A stretch of 64,000 bases of DNA from assembly GCF_006345805.1 (NCBI RefSeq), contig NC_042999.1, forward strand, positions 172,918,001 through 172,982,000, written 5' to 3'. Under the pieces are notes generated by a model. That model searched no databases. It was given only the letters and a program-made list of their open reading frames with translations, and had not been told where the DNA came from. Of the stretch, positions 39,167-50,856 are shown piece by piece. The stretch's first letter is position 1. Every line of letters starts with the position of its first letter. Source of the DNA: Octopus sinensis. Lineage: Eukaryota. Both the position numbers and the translations under genes were made by a program.

Positions 39167-39736
39167 ATATCTCCTTAAGAGATGCTTGCATCTCTCCTGA
39201 CACATGGGAAGATATAGCTATTGATCGTAGCAGGCGGAGAAGGATTGTGCACGAGGTGACAGCCACTTTTGAAAAATCTCGTGTTGCACATGAGAAAGTA
39301 AGGAGGGATGTCAGGAAAGGCATCGCTGTTACACTTCCAGGTGGGAAGGGTCTTCCTATGATGCTGACATACAGTGTTTGTGCAAGACCCTGCCTCAGTA
39401 AAGCTGGACTAAAGAGTCATCTTCGTAGTCATAATGCGAGACAGATGAGTGACAACCTGGCCACTGGTGGTGGTGTAGCACACCATACTAATCATATCTG
39501 TTGGGCATGTGGAAGAGAGTGTAATTCGGCAGGAGGACTTAAACGACATGCAAAGGTACAAGAAGCCGAGTTACAACTACAGCCGGCTATTACCGGTAAA
39601 GGTTTTAGTTGCCAATTCTGTACAAGACGTTGTACATATTTAGCTGGGTTAAAACGTCACATTCGATCACAGCACCAGTAACAGTTAAGCTTTGTGCAAT
39701 GGACATACTCGATAACGAGGGGGCAGCCATAATAAT

Positions 39737-39742
<6 letters not shown>
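39167..39742 (+). mobile_element. 3' end of an RTE-clade LINE with C-terminal C2H2 zinc-finger array
   Basis: SLRDACISPDTWEDIAIDRSRRRRIV is RTE-like; three CxxC-x12-H-x3/4-H-like units follow; ends gagggggcagcc-(ATA)n. Confidence 0.75.
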
Positions 39743-39787
<45 letters not shown>

Positions 39788-39907
39788 GTATTATGTATGT
39801 ATGTATGTATGTATAAATATATAAATATATATATATATATATATATGATTGATTGATGATTCTAGTTTCAGCTCACGAGTTGTGGCCATGCTGGGGCACC
39901 GCCATTT

Positions 39908-39946
<39 letters not shown>

Positions 39947-40286
39947 GTATAAAACTATATACATTAAGTGAGTTGTAAGGATATATTATGCTGGCGGATA
40001 ACGTGTTTGCTCTTCGTTTGTTTCCAGATACTGACTAACACAATGATCCGTATTCGATGCCCTCACCTACAATAAGTTAGACACTGGTAAATGTGTTCGT
40101 TGGATAGTTCCATGTGTCCTACCCATCACTTCAAATATCTCACGCTGTGTAACATAACGTCAATAATAAGAAGAATGAAAGTTTGCACATAAATCATTTA
40201 TATTACAGTAATTTACAGTATATCACCATGACCTACACCTTTTTCCACTGCAGCGACTGTACATTGTTGCATATGCATCCTTGCAA

Positions 40287-40460
40287 TATTGTCAATGCAG
40301 TTTTATCAGAGCCTGTGCCTTAGGTCCGCTTCAAATTAAACTGGATGAAGAAAGAGTTTGCTGTTTAGGGTTCAGGAGCAACCTTACCTGTGGCTCACCC
40401 CTACCATAGCTCTAAGTGGACCATGGTCTTAAGTATGACAAGGATGTGTGTGTGTTTATT
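40287..40460. repeat. Unassigned dispersed repeat X, copy 2
   Basis: Matches 39026-39166 and continues ctaagtggaccatggtcttaagtatgacaaggatg into (TG)n. Confidence 0.8.
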
Positions 40461-41399
40461 TTTGTCTTTACAGTGTTCTTAGTATTTCCTAATAGTTCTT
40501 TTTACTACCTGTTGTACTGAGTACATTGTCTACATATAAGTATTTAGTTAGCTTTCATTCATTTTGTGGGGTGGTTTGGTTGCTCCTTATTAATATCATG
40601 TATTGTGTAATGTCTTCATATAAATTATCCAGATGTCCATTTGCGTAAGTATAGACAACTCAGTGTTCGTTCCTATCTCGAGTTTTCTAATATGTATTTT
40701 GAAGTGTAAATTTGGTAGAGTTTCTCCATGCACAGGCCACATTACTTCCCACCTATTCTATAAGGAACGAACACCGTTATTGTTATTCCTTACCTACAAA
40801 AACATTTACCATATATTAGATAAAGCTAGAGAGTAAAGGAATGTCATGACATGTGGTACACTAGTGTTTCATGCTGACAGAAATTTTTTAGTGAAGTTGT
40901 TTTTAAGTAATCTCTTCTTAATCACTACACACCCTAAAATTCCCTTTTCAGTAGCCTGCTGATAAAAAAAAACCTTTCTAGTATATTTCAACACTAATTT
41001 CCATGTATTGTGTCATTAAAGAAATAACAGATTTCCTACAGAACAACTAACTTGTAACATTGGTTTTCACTTGGTTATACGAACAGTAACAATAAGGAAC
41101 TGTGTACTTCCAAAGATATATTTCTTTGTAGTCACCAATGCTCTAGCACATTTCATAACCTGAGATCATATACGTATTAATGGATGAAATTGTGTCTGCG
41201 AGAATTCCTGCGTGTACATGTCCGTTTCTGAGATGTGCATTTCTTTGTTTTCATATAAATTTATGAATATATGCATGAGTTTTATTTTACAAACGGAAGA
41301 AAACATACACTATACATTAATCTTTGCCACGAAGAACCAAACTTTTGACTCCTCTATGTAGCTTCAGAACAACACCGTGCGTGCGCATATATATATATA

Positions 41400-41590
41400 T
41401 ATATATATATCTGTGTGCGTATGCATGTATATATATATAATATATATACTTATATATATATAGATATATATATATATAATATATATATACTTATATATAT
41501 ATATATATATATATATACTTTATATATATATACTTATATATATATACTTATATATATATACTTATATATATATACTTATATATATATATA

Positions 41591-41632
<42 letters not shown>
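41400..41632. repeat. (TA)n microsatellite with periodic CT interruptions
   Basis: tatatatatact-like units are directly visible. Confidence 0.9.
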
Positions 41633-41633
<1 letters not shown>

Positions 41634-41749
41634 CAAAAAGCAATAAAGATTCAAGTTAATTTAAATAAATTACTTGAATATGGTACCTAACTTAGATGCA
41701 CCAAAAAAAACTATACTGTTTTAACAATACAGTAATGTGGGGTGATTAT

Positions 41750-41801
<52 letters not shown>

Positions 41802-42779
41802 TATATATAGATATATATATATATATATGTAATATATATAGAGAGGCAGGCACTCACACACACTTAGACAACATTCATACATACATACATATATACATAC
41901 ATATGTATATGTGTGTGTATGAATGTATGTATATTCTTAGTTTGTACATGTGTCGTTGTGTTCGTATGTTGATTCAATGCAGGATAAGTTTGAGTATTTC
42001 AGAAGTGAACATAAATTGTCTGTTTAAAGTTAAAGTGACATGTACATATGTAATGAATATGAAATAAATTCTAATCGCGAATAGAAACCGAATAACTAAT
42101 TGTATTCAGCTATAGTTAAAATCCAGGCTCAAAGTTTAATGATATACATACACTGAATAATCTATGAAGACGCACTAATACGCAACATATACTAATGAAG
42201 GAAATTTGTTGCGTGAGCATATCCATATATCTGAAATCATAGAGACCATTCGGTTAATATATGCATGCATGCATGAATTTGCTAGCTTCAATATGCATGA
42301 ACTATATTGAATATGTATGTATTAAGTATATTTCAAACGTAACAATGATATTCTTAGATTAGAGTAAATTACACCTAGGTGATTGCTTTCTTTTTCAATA
42401 AATATAACAAATTCTCAATAGGTCTGGAAATATATTGATTAGAATAACTTTGCACGCAGTCAATAAAAGCGATCGGTCGATACACGTATAAAATTATTTA
42501 ATAAGTTCTGGGTGTCACCACTTCAATGAAATACACACACAAATACACACACACAAACACACACTCATATACACACCGACACGCATATATACATATATAA
42601 ATATGTATGTGTATATATATATATGTACATATATATATATATACATATATATTCATATTTGTTTGTGTGTCTATGTGTAAGTATGTACGTGCGTATGTGT
42701 GTGCACACACGGGTGACTGATAAATATAAGAAAAACTCTTTGTAACTTTTTCCGCTATCTTTCAAGTGCGCGTGTGTTC

Positions 42780-42811
<32 letters not shown>

Positions 42812-42813
42812 GT

Positions 42814-42850
<37 letters not shown>

Positions 42851-43229
42851 GTGTTTGTCCGTCCGTTTGTCTGTGTGTGTATTGATTTTTCAGTTCGACA
42901 TAGTGATACTTATAATCAGATGTTGCAAGTCAATATACATACACTTCAGAATAAAGGCAGCTATAAAGAAATGCACACGATCTCGACTTTGAGTACACTG
43001 AATCTTATGCCGGAACACTCATAAGCTAATGAAGTTCAATATATAATCTCCCGTTTCTTTGTAATTTATTTAATTGCGGAAAAAGAGAATAAGTCTTAGA
43101 AACACTACTGAGGTCGATTCATTCAACAAGTTAATATATATAAAAGTTAAAAAGTTAAAAAAGTATTATATATATATATATATATATAAACATACATACA
43201 TACTTAATACATACATATGTGTGTGTATA

Positions 43230-43270
<41 letters not shown>

Positions 43271-43329
43271 ATCAAAATAAGCAACAAGAATAACTTCGGT
43301 AATTTGGTACGATCGTTACACGTTACATC

Positions 43330-44140
43330 ATGTAGCCATCCATGTAGCCATCTAGCAGCCATCCTCTTGACTTAGGGCATCACTACTTCCTCCATACACT
43401 TTATATGGGCCCCCGTGTTGAGTCTGAACCCGTATAGGAAGATGAATGGAGGCATAACGTCACCATCACTGGTGATCACGCCAAACAACATGATGTTGAT
43501 TTTTATTACTCTCATGTATTGGGGACACGGCTAGTCAACATTTGTGTGCGTTTATCATCTGATCCTGGCAGAAACATTTTCTCGTCTGAGAAAAACCAAA
43601 GCATGTTCGGTTTGAGGGGATGTTTGAATTTGTTCAAAAGCTTTGTAGCGCAGTCTTTCTTAAGGCTTGTAAGAAAAATTGGCCCTTTCCCATCTTGTAT
43701 GAGGAATACTGAATGTCATCCTGCACTACCTGCCTAATAAGTAAGTCCGACACTTCCATTTTCCTGGCGATAGATTGATTGACTTGGAGGTATCGTTGTT
43801 AATCATTCAGTAGTTTATTTTTTTTCAAAACTATCAGAGTGAGTTTCTTAGCTCCATATCTCCGCAATAACTATCAGACTCATCCAACCCTTTCCGAATC
43901 CCCTGCATTGTCCTCAGATTGACACTCAGATACTCTGAAATGTTCGTATTGGAGCTTCCGCCGCGAATGCAAAGCGGTACATGTAGATTCCAAATTTCTG
44001 GCAGAGTGGATTGCGTCATGGTGCTGTTTTTCTCACACACACGTCTCAACTCACCCTACTACGCTGTGTAGTCGACAATATCAAAAACAAACAATGGGGG
44101 TGCGTGATATTGAAAATATAAAATAGCAACAGTTTACCCA
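43330..44140 (-). mobile_element. Tc1/mariner relic, 5' portion (same family as 8920-9545)
   Basis: MTQSTLPEIW..NISEYLSVNLRT (N-terminus), NMLWFFSDEK (first catalytic Asp), MLFGVITSDGDVMPPFIF. Confidence 0.8.
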
Positions 44141-44144
44141 TCAC

Positions 44145-44285
44145 ACGAAGCTTTTGGACAAACGCAACCGAACATGCTTTGGTCTTCCTCAGACGAGAAC
44201 AATTTCTGCCAGGATCAGATGATGGACACACACAACAACCGTTGGCTTACTGTGTCCCCAAAGCATGTACCGAGTGTGATGAGTG
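44145..44285 (+). mobile_element. Second fragment of the same mariner family, opposite orientation
   Basis: PNMLWSSSDENNFCQDQMMDTHNNRWLTVSPKHVP; reverse-complement similar to 43520-43610. Confidence 0.8.
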
Positions 44286-44289
44286 CCGA

Positions 44290-45090
44290 GAGTGACGGAG
44301 GTATTCGACCGTAGCTGAACATCCCTTAGATGTTCGGTGAACCAGTCGGCCAATTGGCGGCCCGTCTCTGACCTACATATAGTTTACCACAGAGGTTGCT
44401 TCTAATACAGTATATGGGGTTAGAAGAGGTGAAAGAGAAGGAATTTGTGATGTGAAGAGTGTGCTGGTTGGAACCAGTGAGGGAGGTAGTGTTGGTGATG
44501 AAGGGGCAGGTGTGGCAGCAGGATCTGGAGCACGGGAAGGATCCGGGTGGGGATGGGGGGGAAAGAAGAGAAGGTGCTACGGACAAGGGTGGGTTGGGGA
44601 AGATGGGGCGGGTGATGAGATGGAGCTGGAGACGACCGAAGGCCCGTAGGATCCTCTGACGAAGGAGTAGGGTGGGGGTGGAAAAGGAGAGAGGGTGGGG
44701 GTGCGATCGATTCGACGAGCGTGGGCAATGGGGGGTTTGGACAAGGGTTGAAGGGTATCCTCAATGCATAAACAGGGCAATGTACTAGGACTGGGTCTCG
44801 AAATCCTGGTTCTGGATGCACAAGCATCGTAGGCGGAGAATGTGGGAGTAGGGGATGGCCCGTTTGATGTGGAAGGGATGGGAAGGGGAGAAGTTGAGGT
44901 AGAGGTGAGGTTTAAAGAAGGCGGAGGTGGTGAGATAGTAGGAGGGAAGGTCAATGGTAAGAGAGATATCAAAGAAGTTAACCGACGTGTTAGAGATGAT
45001 AGAAGTAAACTGGAGACTGAGGTGGATGTTAGAGAAAAAAGAGATGAAGTGACAGAGTTGTTTACGGGAGAGGAAGGTGGCCTCTAAACG
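44290..45090 (-). mobile_element. Penelope-like element fragment: RT C-terminus, Cys-rich linker and GIY-YIG endonuclease start
   Basis: VNFFDISL..FKP..YLNFSPSHPFHIKRAIPYSHILRLRCLC; PGSFPCSRSCCHTCPFI; TSSNPIYCIRSNLCGKLYVGQ; frameshifted. Confidence 0.88.
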
Positions 45091-45165
45091 GTGTCTATGT
45101 AACGTCCGTATAGCTCTGGTGTCGGCCTGGAGAATTGGGAATGTATATACATACACACACACACA

Positions 45166-45228
<63 letters not shown>

Positions 45229-46632
45229 GATTTATGAGTGTGCATATATATGTCTAGTAAGGATACAGGCATGATTCAGTAATAAAATTTGCGTTTTTCG
45301 TTTATAGATTCCGATTTACTTATGTGGCATTTTAACTGTAAGTCATTTAGTTCTAACATCACATGTTTACAGTGTGTGGTCAGAAGGAAAAAAAGAATGT
45401 AAAATCAAATTACTAACATCACACCACAGTCTACAACCGCATATATATAGTGCAATCTGCCAACGAGGTTAAAGCATAATCCTATGAACACATACATGGC
45501 AACGAGTAACAAATTGCATAAACGATAAGACAGTTTCAAAATATGCACAGATATACCAAGCAAGCCAGAATCTTGCTAACTGCATCGCAGACTACTACAA
45601 AATTATGTCGCTAAGACATAACTACTGAACTGCACTCAGAATTGTATCTTCCTCCAAACGCTAAAAATCTTCAAATCTCTTAAATATTTCAGACCAATAA
45701 GTTTCTCCCGATAAGTGGACTAATCTCATTCCTCTTTCCTCCTACAAGCACAAACTAAGTAAATTTCTTACTAATAATGCCACTACAACGTTCCACATAA
45801 CCTTCCGCAATATTCTCTACAATTAAAAAATTATCAGCAATTAAACATAGATATCCCCCAAAATATTGTACCTCAAAAAAGCTGTTATGAGTAACCCTGT
45901 AGAGTACACAGATTCTGATGTGTGAGAGTGTGGAGAGGACACAGGTTTTATAGAGATATTCACATACCAATATATATATATATATATATTTACCAGACGC
46001 AATAGATATTCGTACGTTGGTACTTATATACTGTTATGAAGGAGAGAATAAAGTTCTAGCTTATGTGACAGTAAGCTGAAAAATATTATAATAGTTTGGC
46101 AGGCAAGCATATGCAGCAAAAGGAAGAAATAATTTGATAAATATGGTTTTAAATGATACTACTCGAAATATTGTTCTCTAGTTCTACAAAAGAATTTGTG
46201 CATATGTTATCAAACTAGTACATGTATACAACTCTGCTTATACTCAAATGAGTGATACATAGAAACTCTTGAACACTATATGTATGTGAGTACGTGCGTA
46301 TGTATATTTGCATAACACTACGTTCGTAAATAACCTGAGCGTAAACAATAGGTAATATTTTCCTTGAAAAAGTTGATTTATACAGAATTGAGATCAGTTT
46401 ATTTTTCTGTCTGTGGAGTAATAAAGCAATGGTGTAAACGCTTTGTGAAATTGACAGAAAGATGCTCAGTTTGCATACATATTGTTTTCAAGTTATGGCG
46501 CAAAGCCAGCAACTTTCTGCGATGAGTAAGTCGATTACACTCCAGTGCTCAACTGGTTCTTATTCTAAGGAAATGATGAAAGGCGAAGTCGTACTAAGAA
46601 AGTAAAAACTGTCGAAATATATATATATATAT

Positions 46633-47136
46633 ACTAGATGTTGGACCCGGCGTTGCTCGTCTTTTCCGTGTTGAAGATAAGCCTACCTCTAACCTTGTAT
46701 TGAAATCTTCTAAGTTCCCTGTGCCAACTATTACCCATTAAGATGTTATATCTGGTTCGACAGGCTGTTGCAGGATGAGTAAACGTGTGGCAGTGGGAGA
46801 AAAAATGACCTGAGTAGGCGACGTAGTTTTGTTGACGGTGCGGCCATATACCGACATCAACTCCTCGATTTTCATCAAAATCAGACAAAACATGCAAAGC
46901 TGCAGGAAATATATCATCATTATGGGAATTTCCATTCAAACGCCCGAGTGAGCTCACAAAAATCGATGCAAACTCTGCATTATCGAGTTTTCGATAACTT
47001 CAGACCTTGTTTGAACTTCAGGGCACGTGATCTAACTATGTGCCAAAAGTCTTTAAAATCGGTTGGACAGTGTGGGGGTAGTTAGAGTAACCCCAAACAC
47101 AAACACAGATACCACTACACATTTATGTATATAGAT
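46633..47136 (+). mobile_element. Non-autonomous Helitron/Helentron-like element
   Basis: Starts actagatgttggacccggcgttgctcg after (TA)n, contains aaaatcggttgg, ends acatttatgtatatagat. These termini resemble the Lep1/HINE class. Confidence 0.55.
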
Positions 47137-47137
47137 A

Positions 47138-47495
47138 TGTGCAGGTGTGGCTGTGTGGAAGGAGACTTGTTTTCTAACCACATGGTTCTGGCTTATGTCC
47201 CACTGAGTGGTACATGAATCCTCGGGTCTTGTGAGTGTATCTGGTACATGGAAACTGAAAGACGTCCGTCGTGTATATATATATTTGTGTCACTGCTTGT
47301 CCCCCAACATCGCTTGACAATGCATGTGGGTTTGCTTACATCACTGTAGCTTAGCGGTTCGGCAAAAGAAATCTATGGAGTGAGTACTAGGCTTATAAAG
47401 AATAAGTCCTGGGGTCGATTTGTTCGACCAAAGGCTTTGCTCCAGCATGGCCGCAGTCAAATGACTGAAGCAAGTAAAAACAAAACGAATAAAAA
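47138..47495 (+). mobile_element. SINE family A, full length
   Basis: Head gcaggtgtggctgtgtgg through tail gctccagcatggccgcagtcaaatgactgaagcaagtaaaa. Confidence 0.85.
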
Positions 47496-47507
47496 AGGAT
47501 ATATATA

Positions 47508-47583
<76 letters not shown>

Positions 47584-47587
<4 letters not shown>

Positions 47588-47815
47588 GTTGACCAAAAGT
47601 CACCTGACAGTAACCCAAGGCTATTTCATTCCAAGATTTATTTATGTTTAACTAATGAATGAATTTAAGAAAAGCATCGAAATATGAAATATCATAAACA
47701 TTGTTCAAACTGAAACCCTTCTTGTAAACATCCATATTGGAATGAATAAATACAATTGAATATTACGTATTTAGGGAATTTTGATTTACTGCCGAGTGAC
47801 ATTTGGCCAACCCTG
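47584..47815. mobile_element. 232-bp MITE with ~20-bp imperfect TIRs and TA flanks, copy 1
   Basis: Left CAGAGTTGACCAAAAGTCAC versus reverse complement of the right end CAGGGTTGGCCAAATGTCAC; TA on both sides, as for Tc1/mariner. Confidence 0.85.
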
Positions 47816-48023
47816 TATATATATATGGGGGCATAGACAGCCGACAACTGAAGAAGAGTCTTTCTCTGTGTCACTTATCTTGGTTTCCATTTGTTGGAGG
47901 TAGACAGATAGTTATGGATACAGATAAAGATATTCATTAGTGTGTGTGCGTGTGTGTGTGTAAACGTTATGTAAGTACATATATCTATGTATCTACACGC
48001 ACACATAAACATACATATATATA

Positions 48024-48061
<38 letters not shown>

Positions 48062-48069
48062 TATATATA

Positions 48070-48301
48070 CAGAGTTGACCAAAAGTCACCTGACAGTAAC
48101 CCAAGGCTATTTCATTCCAAGATTTATTTATGTTTAACTAATGAATGAATTTAAGAAAAGCATCGAAATATGAAATATCATAAACATTGTTCAAACTGAA
48201 ACCCTTCTTGTAAACATCCATATTGGAATGAATAAATACAATTGAATATTACGTATTTAGGGAATTTTGATTTACTGCCGAGTGACATTTGGCCAACCCT
48301 G
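48070..48301. mobile_element. 232-bp MITE, copy 2 (within a 486-bp tandem duplication)
   Basis: Identical by eye to copy 1 at offset 486. Confidence 0.85.
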
Positions 48302-48495
48302 TATATATATATGGGAGCATAGACAGCCGACAACTGAAGAAGAGTCTTTCTCTGTGTCACTTATCTTGGTTTCCATTTGTTGGAGGTAGACAGATAGTTA
48401 TGGATACAGATAAAGATATTCATTAGTGTGTGTGCGTGTGTGTGTGTAAACGTTTATGTAAGTACATATATCTATGTATCTACACGCACACATAA

Positions 48496-48527
<32 letters not shown>

Positions 48528-48994
48528 TGAAAGAGGTAGATATAACAGAGAGCTACATAACAGCATATAAAATTTAGAGATATCTATTTGCATGTAATCG
48601 TGTGGGTGTATTTTATATCCAGATATAGGCCAAGATTAAAGAAAAATGCATTTACATGCTGTATTTGTGTTATTTCATCTATATATATTTATACAATGGC
48701 AAACATAGTATATGCGAACATAAAACGAACAAACACGCAAAAAATTACATGTCTACCTATACTTATGTAGATATGTACGTATATATGTATATGCATTTAT
48801 TCGCCCACGTATATGTATTTTATATGCATGTACGTAATCAAATTTATGAGTGTGAAATAGTTTCTGCATAGTTATCAAAGAAATTTTTGCGATAATGCGA
48901 AATATTAATCAAGACGCAGTATCAAGAATATGATCAAAATGTATAGCAGCAAATATAAAACCAAAAATCTAGAATAGCGAAGATGGTCGTGATG

Positions 48995-49200
48995 TTGACG
49001 ACGACGAAGACGCCGATTGTGATGTTGATGATGATAATAACAACAACAACAATAGCAATAATAATAATAATAAATAATAATAATAATAATAATATAATAA
49101 TAATGATGATAATAATAATTATGATAATAATAATAATAATAATGATAATAATAATAATAATAATAATAATAGTAATAATAATAATAATAAAACAATAATA
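48995..49200. repeat. (GAT)/(CAA)/(TAA)n compound trinucleotide microsatellite
   Basis: Directly visible; a second (TAA)n tract lies at ~49655-49735. Confidence 0.95.
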
Positions 49201-49683
49201 ATTATACTGCTGTGAAAATACTTTGATAATTCTAATGAGAATTTGGTTCATGTGAGCAGATTCTTGTGAAATCGATTGCCTTTCAAGACAGGGGAAATGC
49301 GTGGAGACGGGGCAGTGTTTGGATACTTATTTATTGTATATATAACAATAGAAGTATTGAGCTTCAAAATGTCGGTTTGAATGCGAGGGAAGAAGCGAGA
49401 AAAAGATGGCTGAAGGGAGGAAGGAAAGATGGGTGTTTTAGAAAAATGAAACGATTGAAGAAAAAGATGTTAGTTGAAGCAGAAGGAATACAAATTTAGG
49501 GAAAAAAATGGAAAGAGATTGGAGCATATAAAATAGAGAAAATGAGGGCGATAGAGGAGTTTAAGAACATAAGAAATATAAAAGAACCTCATCACAGAAA
49601 CAAGAACAACGGCACCAAATACAGAACTAGCAATAACAAATAAAATAAAATTATGAATAATAATAGTAATAATAATAATAATG

Positions 49684-49726
<43 letters not shown>

Positions 49727-50549
49727 TGATGAATAATGGAAGCAATTGCAAGACGAAATAAAGGATTTGATTAATCACCAATACCTCTTTCTACATCACC
49801 ACCAGCATGGTGAGAGCTACAGCGGCAACGACGCTGACGCTGACAGTGGCAATCATAGCGCAGAACGGAGAGAATTCTAATGACAAACTGAAAAATATGT
49901 AAAGTGAACGATTTGATTACGTTGAAGATGGTGATGACAGTCCATACCATAATAAAGATAAGCAGGAGAGACTAATAACTACAACAGAGACTCTGCAAAC
50001 AGTTTGGACCTAATATCTCTGTGTTTTATAACCGTGTAATAAATAGAAATACCTTCTCATTATAGTACTAACATTCTAGTGCCTTCTTGACATATATTGA
50101 GTTTGAGCGATAATCGGATATGTAATTCAGATGTTTGTTAAAGTCGACATTTAATATTAGTAATTCTGGCATGTCTGGTTGGGGTGTTAGTTTTTACATC
50201 CAAGGAGTGTTGTATGACCAATATTTGACAGTTAAATATATAACGAGAATAGTACATGCGCGTGATGATATGAATGAGGCACCCGTGGAAGAAATCAAAT
50301 TTAGAAACTTTGCAGCAGATTTAATACGTAACACTATTACATTTATTCAAAGTTACCCAATGTAAATTGTTTGAAAGTAGGTCTCTTACTTTGGTAAATG
50401 TAATTTTACGATTGCATTTCATTTCTATTAATTACATGATGTAGTCAATATTGTACATGTTGGCTGCGAATGATTTAAATAGAATACGTTGGTGTAATCC
50501 CTGGTGTTTGAATTATCGTCTACGCAGCTTTGATTTATTCTCTTATAAG

Positions 50550-50576
<27 letters not shown>

Positions 50577-50582
<6 letters not shown>

Positions 50583-50856
50583 CAATTTAGGAGTGACCTT
50601 AACAGGCCATTCGTCCACCAGAAAGAGCAGCCATAACTCACACCGCCAAGTAGTAGTAATTCAGAAATTAGGTGAAAATTTAAAAACATTTACCCTAATT
50701 CATCTTTTAGACGATGCATCGTCTAAAAGATGAATTAGGGTAAATGTTTTTAAATTTTCACCTAATTTCTGAATTACTACTACTTGGCGGTGTGAGTTAT
50801 GGCTGCTCTTTCTGGTGGACGAATGGCCTGTTAAGGTCACTCCTAAATTGTTATAT
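50577..50856. repeat. Perfect spacerless palindrome, 136-bp non-repetitive arms, TA-flanked
   Basis: 50581-50716 is the exact reverse complement of 50717-50852; centre gacgatg|catcgtc. Confidence 0.97.
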
